Shown here: positions 39,175 to 50,409 of the stretch, in pieces
Position numbering within the stretch: the first letter of the stretch is position 1
Layout: each line of letters opens with the position of its first letter
Assembly: GCF_036321535.1 (NCBI RefSeq)
Contig: NC_087437.1
Span: 67,210,001 to 67,274,000, forward strand
Reading direction: 5' to 3'
Length of the DNA: 64,000 bases
From: Camelus dromedarius
Lineage: Eukaryota
Notes under the pieces: generated by a model
What the model was told of the DNA's origin: nothing
The model's input: only the letters and a program-made list of their open reading frames with translations
Databases searched by the model: none
Position numbers and translations under genes: made by a program

Positions 39175-39637
39175 TGCGGTGGTTAGTTTTATGTGTACAT
39201 GTGACTAGGCCATGAGGTGCTCAGATACTGGTTAAACATGACTCTAGGTCTGTCTGTGAGGGTGTTTCTGGAGGGCATTAACATTTCAGTTGGTAGACTG
39301 ATTAAGGCAGATTGTCCTTCCCCAGGTGGTCTCATCCAGTCTGGAAGGTCTGAATAGAACAAAAGACGGAATAAGGAAGAATTTATCCTTTCTGTCTAAC
39401 TGTCTCCAGCCTGGGACATTGATCATCTGCCGTCAGGTTCCGATTCAGGCTGGAACTGTGCCATCGACTCTCTTGGGCTCCAGCTTACCGACTTCTCAGC
39501 TTCCATAATTGTATGAGCCAATTCTTTATAATAAATCTCTTCTCTTGGAGTAGTAAACTATATATACTAGTTTGTGTGTCAGCATACGTATAACTGTATC
39601 TGTAATCTGTTGGTTCTGTTTCTCTGGAGAACCCTGT
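39175..39637 (+). mobile_element. MLT2 (ERVL) solo LTR
   Basis: TGGTTAGTTTTATGTGT, GTGAGGGTGTTTCTGGA, ATAATAAATCTC, TTGGTTCTGTTTCTCTGGAGAACCCTG. Confidence 0.9.
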
Positions 39638-40029
39638 AGTGAGGGAGCATATTTTAGAGGTTACAGAAACTTATTTTGAGTAATCAATTCAGTTCATCAG
39701 CTCTTTTTTAAACATCTGTTAGATTCAAAGCAATGCAATATACTAAATGCTATGAGGACCATAAAAATAAAGACGTTTCTAGCCTTACAGTAAGTTTTTA
39801 AACTTGGTCTTAAACTAGCATAAGGCAGGGGTTTTAATAGCCACGAGAGAGGTGCAGTTCAGATGCTTTGTGGTTTCAGTGGAGGGAACGTCACTTTGGC
39901 CAGGTAGTTAGGGGATTGCTTTATAAAAGAGGTGGCATTAAGTCAGGCTCAGTTCTCTATTTAATGTCACTCAGTTTTCCTAGGACATGTTAAAATCATG
40001 ATGGCACTATTCTTAATGAAGATTTAATC

Positions 40030-40820
40030 CTCATTCAATCAAATAACAGCATCAGAATAAATAGAGCAAAAACTATCAAGGAGAAATAGACTGAAACACA
40101 TTAGTACAAGTAGACTCTAATAACTTTTCCTCAGTTCATTGACAAATTAAGTAGACAAATGAGTAAGTAAAGATGTAGAAGACCTAGAAAACATAATTAA
40201 CAAGATAGACCTGACTGATATAACTGCATCAAGTTGTAGTGTACCATACTCCGAAAACAGAGGAAGCACTTTCTTAACACATACTGTGGAACATTTATAA
40301 CAGTGGAACTACATTGTCCCTAGAGAAGGATTCCAAAAACTTGTAAAACCACAGACAACTTTCACAAAACCCAATACAATAACATTAAAGATTGAATACC
40401 AAAATAGAAAACAATATTTCTACCACCTGTACACTAAAACCTCTTTCTTAACCTGTTCTGAGGTTAAAAGTGAAATCAAAACTGGAATCAGAGAATATCT
40501 AGAAAATTTAAAATATCCATATCTGAATTATGAGGGATATAACAAACTAAGCTCACCAAAAAGGGTGTGGTCTTAAATATTCATATTAATGAAGAAGCAA
40601 GAACTAAAAGAAATGCATTAGCCACCTGTGAAAGAAGGAAAATAAGAAAATTGCTAAAAACTGCTGGCATGGAGGGCTTGGGTCTGAAAGGAGTTAAATA
40701 AATTCAGAAATTAATGAAGTCCAAAACAGAAAAATGATGGGATTAATAAATGTAAGAACTATATTATAAATATATTAAAATAAACAATTATTTAATAAAG
40801 ATAATACAACAAAGAAAATG
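40030..40820 (+). mobile_element. Ancient L1M ORF2 (endonuclease-region) fossil
   Basis: A-rich, with AGTAGACAAA..AGTAAAGATGTAGAAGACCTAG, GGAACATTTA, CAGAAATTAATGAA motifs. Confidence 0.7.
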
Positions 40821-43800
40821 CCACATGTCAGCATTTCTTTACCTAAGTGCAAAATCAAGTCCTGCAAAGAGTGAGGCTGCAGGGTCAATTTCTAGGATCT
40901 GTTTGTTGAGATGACCCTTAATACGGTGCCTTGTTTTGCCATGTGGTTCCTGGCAGCATCTTTCTGGTGTGTACTGTTAGGTATAGGTGTGTACCGTCTG
41001 CCTCTTCCCCCTTGTGAAAGAAGACACTGGCCACCCATGCATCTCAGGGATTTGACGGTGGGTCTCAGTCTCTGGAGGCATCACGAGCCATCTCTACTTT
41101 CCTCTTGCCTTTCTGTTTCCCTGGTACTTGATGTCAGAAGGCCCTGGACTGGGGGTCATACTACCTGAGGACTTGTCTGCTACTGTACATTTCTGCTACC
41201 AACTTGGGTATTCTTAGGTCAGAGTTTCAAACGATTGGAACTTCAGTTTCCATTCTGCAAAACGAGGGAGATTGTATTTAATAATTTCTGACGTCTTTTC
41301 CGGAGATGTTTTCGGATTCAGTACTTTTTGCTCTCCAGTGTCTTGTTCCCTGTGGCTTCAGTGGTTATCAGTTACTCGGTTGCCCTGCATTCTACTCTCC
41401 ACCCTAGGGTAGGGTCAGGGAATCAGCCAGAGGACACAGTGACCTCAGATTTCTTTGGAGACTTTTCTCAAATTAGTTCTTAAAGTTTCACCGATGTATT
41501 TTTTTCCTTGAACATTTGTGTGAAAATATTCTTTCTTTGGTTTGTTGTGCTGATTGACATTGAGTTCGATAGGAGCTGAGCCAAACACTCAGTGCTACTT
41601 TTACAAACTATGAAATGTGTTATCATTTTCCTTTGTCGAATCCTGCTTCATTCTGCCCATTTTCATCTGAGTTCAGAGCTACTGGGACTGATCAGAATGA
41701 CCATCCATTCCAGATTGTGTTTTTGCCATATTGAAAGGAAGGTCTTAAAAATACTATATATTTGGGGCTTTCTCAGAGTTAGTTCAAAGACAGTAGATCT
41801 ACTACCAAAAATTAAAAAACAACAACAACAACAACAAACCTTCTCTCCCATACCCATGGAAAGTTTGAATAATTTGAGGAGGAGGCAAGTTCTGCAGGTG
41901 TTGACCTACGAGGAACTTCTTCATGAGAACAGAATATGCAGTAGCCAGCATGTGACAGCTCCTTCTCCCAGATCAGGTCTGCTCACTTGGATACATCCAT
42001 GCTAAACAACCTGCATCCGTGTCCTGTTACTATTACTGATACTAATTGCTTTGTACTGAACACGGGTCAGAACCAGGATTGAATACCAGCTCCCATCTGC
42101 AAGGCATCACCTTTCATGAGCGCTTAATGAGTCTTCATAAAAAAAACAAAACAAAACAGAGTAAAGAAAGGGAACTCAGTTTGCATTTGGTGAGTGAGAT
42201 AGTGAATAGAGGACAGAAGAGAATTCACTTACATAAAAAGAAATTATAAAATTCATTCGGACTTATACAGTGAAACATTTCTTTGCTGTTCTTTCTGACT
42301 AGAGAGTTGGGCAATGAGGGAAGAGCCAGCCGACTTTGGGGTGAGGATGTTGCTTACTCAGTGGTGGGACTGCCTTTTCCATTTTCTTTTACTCCCTAAG
42401 TGCAGAAACATAGCTGCTTAGTGTGAGTGGGAAGGAGATGGGAGACTTTTCCAGATCAGTAATGTCTGTGAGATTATGGGTATTGATTTTTCCTCCTGAG
42501 TGACACAATTTAAGTGACTCTTGACAGGAGTTTTCTTGATGACAATCGACTTCTGATTGCCTGGACATCTCACAGCCACTCCCAGGAGAGACAGGGAGCA
42601 CTGAGAGTGCCCCCTTGCAAGGGGGAGTTCAGTTTTCTGCAGCCTCTTTTCAGCTTCCCCCAACTAGGATGCCCCTGAACTGTCCCCTTGAGTGACCAGA
42701 GGGCAGTAAGAGTATGACAAAGGAGACCACCTGTCTATTGTGGACTCTTGCTCTGATCACCCTGGCAATTCTGATAATTCCTGACATGTCTATATCGGTT
42801 TATCATCATCATCATCATCGTCACCATTATTATATTTTAGGGTGGACTGGCACAGTCCCAAAGATTTACAGATGGAAAGTGAAAATATTTTCAATCCTCT
42901 GAAGAGTTTGCCTGAAGGTCACGAAACACAAGAATGACTGATGAATCTTGTTTCATTCTGCCCATTTTCATCCAAATTCAGAGTTACCATGTTTAATAAA
43001 TAAACCTGAGAATGAGTGATTCAGAAGTCTGGGTGTTAGGTGAAGTGGAGTTCATAAACAGATTTCTGGGATCTTGGCTAACTGGGGAGGAGGAGATGCT
43101 GCTCAGAAGAATGATGTCTCTAACACTCCCTGGTTAAAATAAAAAAGCAAACATTGAACCATCAGGAATATTAGAGACCCTCTTTACTTCTTGGGAAAAG
43201 ATAATGAAACAGTTACTTATAATGTCTGCTCTACTTCCAAAGAGGATCTGAGGCAGCCTAAATTGAAATGCACAGAATGGGAGAACTAAATTGTAGAGAA
43301 ACTAAGGGAGCTCTGAAATGTAGTTGGAGAACAGAAGGGACTATACTAGAATACAGTTAAAGCATTTGATCACAAACTTGGTTCTGATGGAGAGTCAATA
43401 ATAGTAATAGTAATGAGGATGATGATAAATAGTTACCATTATTTTGTTCCAGATAGTTTTCAGACACTGTTGTAATCTTTACAACAACTAGACAGGTAAC
43501 AACAACAACAACAACAAACCCAGATGTCCGGAAAAGACAAGTAATTGGACAAGAGCTACAGAGTAACTGATGGAGCCAGAATTCAAATTCACAACTGTCC
43601 CAGTTCAAAGCCCATATTTGTGGTATAAAACATGTCTTTAGAGGACAGTAGCTTCTTCCTGGGCCAACGGACAAGTTACTGAGACATAAGATGCCTGCCT
43701 GACAGCTCTAGTAAAGGCCCAGTTTTGGAAAGAATTACCTTGTCCTACAGCTGTTCATTAGTGAGTTGCTTTGGAATGCTGATTGCACATGTGAATGAGT

Positions 43801-45139
43801 AGACTTTCTGGGGTCCTTATGGCTTCAGTTTCTGGGAGGAGATTTCAACTCTGAAGACCTTTGGGGAATTATCTTCTAGGGTCTATTTTTCCTTTGTAGG
43901 GACTGTTAAAAAGGAGTCCCCTGAAATATAGTTCGTGTTTCACAACTCGACAAAGGAAGCCTCATCTATGGGAGGAAATGCTCATAGCTTGACCCCTGCA
44001 TAATGGTCTGAGCGAGGGGAAGCTATCCCGGCGCTGGCTCCCTGGTACTATCGTCCAGATGGCATGGCAGACCCAAGCCCTCCATGCCAGAAACTAGGAT
44101 TATGGCTAAATAGGAGTCTGGGGCACTTGGTGGCAACCTTATTTTTTTTTGGACCAAAATATGCATAAATGGTAAGTATGTTTGCAACCATGAGAGTCTC
44201 TGCTCTGTAATAACTATGTTAATGTTCTCATAAAAAGATATGGGGCAAGAGCAAAGTGACAGAAAGGCTGATTAGCATTTTATGACAGAATTAAGCTGCA
44301 TGACAAATAACTCACTGATTTTACAGCCCAGCAAACTCTACTTTCAAATGCCGGAGGTGCTACGATGTTTTTGTTCATTTATTTGTTTTTTATATTTAAC
44401 CATGAAGGTGTCCAGAGCAATTTGAGTAGAAATGGAATGCAGTTGTGATAGTAGTAAATATGATGATTGGTGCCAGTATTTATTAATCATCCTTTTGCTC
44501 CAAAATGTCTGTAAAACTTACTATGTTCAACTACAAGATTTTTCAAACGTACACTGGTTTAGAAGCGGGAGAACAAGTTCAGACCACTACTCGTCAGTGT
44601 CCTAATTCATGTGATGGGTTTTATAAAATTGAATGATTCTTCCATTAGTTCTCCCCAGCTTTGGAGAAATCTCATTTGAAGCCATTTTTCTGTGGGTAAA
44701 TAAAGGGGAAATGACTTCCACTTAGTTTAAGGTACCAGATTCTAGATTAAGAACTCCCTCTACACTTACAGTTTTGTTTGTTACAGCTTGTAAAGAATGG
44801 GAACGGGTAGAAAATAGGGGAGACACCACATTTACTTCAGCACAGGAAACATGTATTAATAAAGGATTAGGCGTTGTTGCTGAGAAATGATTCAACAGCT
44901 GTTTTTCTCATTGGCAGTTACAGGAATCACTTCAGGTTTCCTTAATTGCTGGTGGTAGATGTTGATATTAGTTCTCATTTACTTCATTAAGAGTCTAATA
45001 TTAATATATTTAATTTATCAACATTAAAACAGTTAAAAAAAAAAGCTGTTCATAATTTTTCCCTCCTAATGGAGCATTAGTGATAAACAACAGCATAAGG
45101 GAACAGAAATTCACCTCTTCTTTGTAATCAGCCGACATA

Positions 45140-45320
45140 TGAGGTGATTTTTGGGGGTCTACCTTGTGTCTAGCACCATGCCAGGTGGCTGGGGATGCAG
45201 AAAGACAATTTAATGCCTGCCCTCCAAGAATTTCAATCCATTTGGGAAGCCAAGATGATTGAATGAAGCAATTAATAAGCAATGCGGGGTCATGGAATAA
45301 AGTGCTGTAGGATGTGGATA
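45140..45320 (-). mobile_element. L2 3' end
   Basis: CTACCTTGTGTCTAGCACCATGCCAGG..TGCCCTCCAAGAATT. Confidence 0.6.
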
Positions 45321-46309
45321 AAAATTATGCAGTCATTGTGGTCTTGATTGCATCTGTAATTTAGATTGAAAACACTTTACACATTCTAACTGCTACCAAA
45401 TATCTATTGGATTGAGAGTCAGGACATGTTAGTTCTGGTGGCCACTTTGCGTGACTGTGAGTAAGTCACTGTGTACACACTCACACATATCTGTAATTTC
45501 TGGATAAAATGAGGAAGATAGGGCTGGAAGAGTCTTCCTGTTTTTGAATCTTAGGCGCTCATGACTCTGGCTGTTAGCACTAGGATGATTTCATAAATCA
45601 CTGGGAGATGGAGATACTTGGAAAGTACCTCTCCTCTGAGGTAACAGTTTCTATGAATCTTTCCTGGTTAGTGGAGTTCTGGGGTTCCAGACCCGAGAGG
45701 TTTCAGATCATGGCCTGGATAAGGATGGGGCTGGAATGGCCTTTGGCTGCAGAGTGTGGGACCACAGTACATCTGAAAGCACCATCTCAGGGCAACATTA
45801 GAATAGAGAGTCTAGGAGTCTGGTCAAACAAAATACCAGTTTGCAGCCAAAGTACCAGTGGGCCAAGATAGAAATCAGAGATGGCAAAACTGTAGCAGAG
45901 GGCCAGAAGCAAAATCGTAAGAGGTTATCTTGGTTCAGGAACATAACCACAGGGCAAGGAGGAAGCTCTGAATCAGGACAGACGGCAGGGACTGCCCCCC
46001 AGGCTGGCAACGTGGCAGCCGTCTTCATACGCAACTTTATATGGACTTGGTTTTTTCCTGCAGTGGTGGGACGTGTGGACTTAACGTCTGTTCTCTTGCC
46101 TTAATCCTTGCGTGAGCAAAGGCAGGCTTTGGAAATGGTGGTTATAGATGACTGAGGGTGTGGTTCATAGCTTAGGGATGAACATTTCTCAGCTCCCTAC
46201 TTCAGGTCTCTTTGTGACCCAATCCATGCTCAGTAGTACTACTCACACAGTGAGTTTTCTGCAGCATGTTATATTTGACCTTGCCACTCTCCTGCGTGGG
46301 AACCTTGAT

Positions 46310-46790
46310 AGCTATCTGTGTCAAAAGTTCAAATTTTAAGATCTTCTACAATATGGCTTCAACTTATTTTTTCAGTTACGTCGGCCACTTCTCCCATGTA
46401 AGCATCCGACGTTCATACCAAATTATGGCCCTCAATATTTTTCAAATGAACACTGTTCTTGTCCATCACTGAATCTTCATTCATGCTGACCTTCTTTCCT
46501 GGGATGCCTTTTTTTCTGGTCAGAATGCTTCCTAGCATTCAGTTCCATCTCAGTTTTCTGTTGGAAACCTCTTCAGACTTCTCCAATCAGATATACTCTT
46601 TTTGCCCTTTAAATTTATGCAGTCAACTCTCCCTCCCCACTTTTGGGAATTTCTTGTTTCTACCTTATATTTCTTTTATTTTTATTTTTCTTTCCTGTAC
46701 TGTGATATTGTGGCCTCATCTGGTGAAGAATCATGTCTTCTGCAACTCACATAGCACCTGATGCAGGTGTGTTCCAGGCTGAGGCAGTGG
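46310..46790 (+). mobile_element. L2 fossil
   Basis: AAGTTCAAATT, CCTGGGATGCC, GAAGAATCATGTCTT..CATAGCACCTG. Confidence 0.5.
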
Positions 46791-47299
46791 ATAGACATTC
46801 AGAAAAAGAAAAGATAATAATATGAAAGCAAGAAGTGCTTCTTTTCAAGGTTCGCCTTTTTTTCTTGGCATTATTCATTTTTGCAACATACACCCCCCCC
46901 CAAAAAGCCCTTTGCCTATAAAACATAAAAACAGTGTAGAAAGATGGATTTATTTATTATTTTTTCCACATGCAAACAAATGCAAGCCTATCTTGTTAAT
47001 CCTTTAGTTGGAACAACTCATTTAAACTTCCCAAGTAATTGTGTCAAAAGCTATGTGCCTGTTTCAAGCAAATTGCTGGAATGCAAGGGTTTCTAACGAA
47101 TAAAAATACAGCTTGTTCTTCCTTCTCTTCCTCCTCGGGGGAGTACTTTTTTTTTTTCCCAACATAAATAGCCCAACTTAAAAAAAATTAACCTCATAAC
47201 TCTTACTTTAAAAACTTCTTTCCTGCATATTTGTGGCTCTTCTTTTGGTCTCCATGTTGTACTCACAAGTGCCAATTGTTCATGTGTGTTTCCTTGGTC

Positions 47300-47500
47300 A
47301 GGATACCTGGGTTCAAATCTCACTTCTGGGGCAGGAGTTCTAGCCCTGTGACCTTCCACCACCCTGTTCATCTTTCTCTGTGGCATTTCCTCATCTCTAA
47401 AATGAGAATAATGATAATCTGGTTGTGGTTTAAAGATGAGGTGAATTAATGTTTGCATTGTACTTAGTTCAGTGCCTGGTGCGTAAAAAGTGTTAGCTGT
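47300..47500 (+). mobile_element. MIR SINE
   Basis: CCTGGGTTCAAATC..CTGTGACCTT..TTTCCTCATCTCTAAAATGAGAATAATG..CAGTGCCTGG. Confidence 0.85.
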
Positions 47501-49720
47501 ATTAACCCTTCTATATTGTTAGTGATGTAGAGCTGTTTAAACTCTAGTGCCATGTGGCTATTTCTTGGTCAAATTGTGATCCATGCTGATCTCTAGGCTG
47601 TCTTTACCACTTACTCCTCCGCAGAGCCACTTCTCCATCTTGTATCTGTGCAAGTATTTTCTTTCCTTTTTTTTTTTCTCTTTGCATTCCTGGGTGGACC
47701 ACTATCCCCTTATTTGTATGGAGATTTCATTAGACCCTGACGGATACCTCCCTTCGTTGTCTTAGATTGAGAACTACAGTGGCTAATATCCCATGTTGCA
47801 CTTTGGTAGAGGCTGAGAGGAAATCTTCCACTGTAAACGGTACTGTGCTATTGGTTCGAGGCATAATGGACCTTTTTACCTTTCCCTGTAGCATTCAAGG
47901 AGAAGACGCAGGGCCTTGGTGGAGAAGCATTTTGATTTGAAAGAGCAAATTCTAACAACAGTGGAGAGACTGGGGGAAGAGCTGTTAGGCAGCCTTCGAA
48001 ACGCACCATACTGCTGGTTCTAACAGTAAAGGGGCTCTCTTCCTAATCACTCAGTTTATATTTCTTAGCCCTCTTGACAAAGGCAGTGGAGATGCAGGCT
48101 GCTGTTACAGATGTGGCTTGGGTGCTGGAGTCAGCCAACTCTTGAGATTAAAAGTAAATTAGAAAAACATGTATGTGATCTGTGCTGCTTGGGAAGCTTT
48201 TCACTCCTGTCCAGGGGTGAAAACAGTAAAGTTAACGCATGCTCTTTCTTTTGATTCCAGTCAGGACTGAAACCAAACTAGACTGGAAACCAAACTAAAT
48301 TGGAAACTCTCTATACCTTTTGACCCAAGACGGAGCTTGGCCCACCCTGGGCACTGAGTAAGTGTTAGTTGACCTGAGTCGCCTACCCATTAGCTGTTCA
48401 GATCGTCCTATTCAGACCAACCTTCGCTCTCTTATTTATTAATAGTTCCCAAGCTGCTACACAGATGCAGCATTCTAGGTACAGTTTAATCAGTTTCTTA
48501 AAGATAAATGATCATTTGTTTTTTCTGGGACGCGAGCCCTTTTCTTATATAATCAAAAAAAAAAAAAAAGCAATGGCCCTTTTTTGTTGAAATAGCACAT
48601 TGAGATTTCATAACTTATTCATATTTATCACCAACATTCATTCTTACCTGTCACTCCCTGGTCCCTTTCAGCTTATCTGTTTTTTTATTCTCAATGAATG
48701 TTTGTGCTTTGGAATAATTTTTCCTAAGATGCATATATCTTAGTTTATATACAGTTTGCATTTTTTCCCAATTTCAATCTCGTCTTTTCTTTATATATTT
48801 AAAGCCTTAGGGTTTTGTTTTCCTCTTCAGAGTTTTCATCATGTGCAGTGTTTTCCCATCCAATATTATCAGCACCACTGGCTAATTTCTTCCTCTTCCC
48901 AGATCATGCACCTGTGAACACAATCACAGCCTCCAAGAAAGCACTTGACAAATATTATTAATTTTTTGAATAATAAGCTGAAAGCATGATTAGGTGATCT
49001 CCTCAGTGGACACAGGGCATATTTTCAGATGCAAGCTGTAAGAAGGTAGCATTCAGAGGATGGTCCCATCTGAGCTCTTCCATTAAAATGCATAGTCTTA
49101 TTCATTCTTACTCTTGTTAAAGCCATGGCACCTGCTTCTGATTTCTGGGATTGGGAAGGGTAAAGCAGCAGTGAAGCTGGGCGGGGAGAAAGGAGGTTGT
49201 AGATGAATCAAGGTGTGTTCATAAAAGAGATGGGGGTCAGGACTGGGCTCAGCCCTTTCAAACTGAAAAATGCTCTTCAAATCGAAAGAACCTCTTCATT
49301 CAGATTGGCCTCAACAGCGTGGCCGAGTAGAAAAAGGAATGGGTTTTGGAGAGAAACTGCCTGGGTTGGTGTATCAATCCAGTACCCCATTAGCTGTACA
49401 ATATTAGACACATCATTTGGCCTTATCTTTCTCCTCCTCCTCCCTGCCCTCCTCCTCTTTCTTTTTCCTTCTCTGTCCTCTCCATTTTCTTCTTTTTGGG
49501 AGAGGTTGCTGGGATCTAGTTTATTCATAAGCAGACTCTTTCTGAGCTGTTTTATGTATTTTTTTCTACCTTCAGGCAAGCAAATTATATTTCCATTTTC
49601 CAGATGAGGTAGCTGAGGTCCAGAAAAGTTAGATATCTTGGCCAAATCCCCCAGTCAAATAAGTGGTGGAAGGTGGTCCTTTAAACTCAGTATAACACAC
49701 ATATATTGTACAGCACAACT

Positions 49721-50075
49721 TGTATTAATCAGAATAGGCTGGGTTACACCGGAGTAACAAACAGTCTCATATCTCAGTGGCTTACATCAATGAAGCTTTT
49801 CTACTTCTCACTCATGCTACCTCACCTGGGTGGTGAGCTTGAGTTTGTTCTGCATGTCTTTATTCCTGGACCCAGGCTGATAGAGACACATCTACCTGAA
49901 TCATTGCTAGTTTCATTGCAGAAGGAAAAGAAATCATGTAAAGGCACATGATGGCTCTTTAAGCCTCTCCTAGGTAATAATATGCATCATTTCTGCTTAT
50001 TTCATGGCCAAAGCAACCTACGTAAACAAGCCTGACCATCAGAGAGTTAAGAAAGTATAACCCATGCCAGAGATG
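49721..50075 (-). mobile_element. MLT1J/I-like MaLR LTR
   Basis: TGTATTAATCAGAATAGGCTGGGTTA..GTAACAAAC..ATCTCAGTGGCTTA, GGACCCAGGCTGA, CATGGCCAAAGCAA. Confidence 0.75.
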
Positions 50076-50237
50076 ACAGATATATTTTGCAAAATTCATA
50101 TTCTTAGACCTTGCCCCAAACTTGCTAATTACAATTTGCCTTTTAACAAGATCTGCTAGTGACTCTTCTCCATTCCAGTTTGAGAAATCCTAGTCTAACA
50201 CACTGCTCAACTGTTACTTTTTTAAATTTTTAAAGTT

Positions 50238-50387
50238 TCTTTTTCACTTTTTTATTAATTTTTTTTTACTTTTGGGGGGAGGTAATTGGTTTATTATTTT
50301 TATAGAGGAGGTACTGGGGATTGAACCCAGGACCTCGTGCATGCTAAGCATGTACTCTACCACTTGAGCTGTACACCTCCCTCCCCT
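50238..50387 (-). mobile_element. vic-1-like tRNA-Ala-derived SINE, full length
   Basis: Minus strand reads ..CAGCTCAAGTGGTAGAGTACATGCTTAGCATGCACGAGGTCCTGGGTTCAATCCCCAGTACCTCC (A and B boxes), then an A-rich tail. Perfect 13-bp TSD AATTTTTAAAGTT at 50225-50237 and 50388-50400. Confidence 0.92.
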
Positions 50388-50409
50388 AATTTTTAAAGTT
50401 GTTAAAATA

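Noticed and set aside
42610..42625. Perfect 16-bp palindrome CCCCCTTGCAAGGGGG
   Set aside because: About one 16-bp palindrome is expected by chance in 64 kb; no supporting context.
50307..50380. tRNA-Ala(AGC)-like gene (also at ~54320-54392)
   Set aside because: A-rich tail, TSD, mismatched stems and three related copies indicate SINE heads, not tRNA genes.
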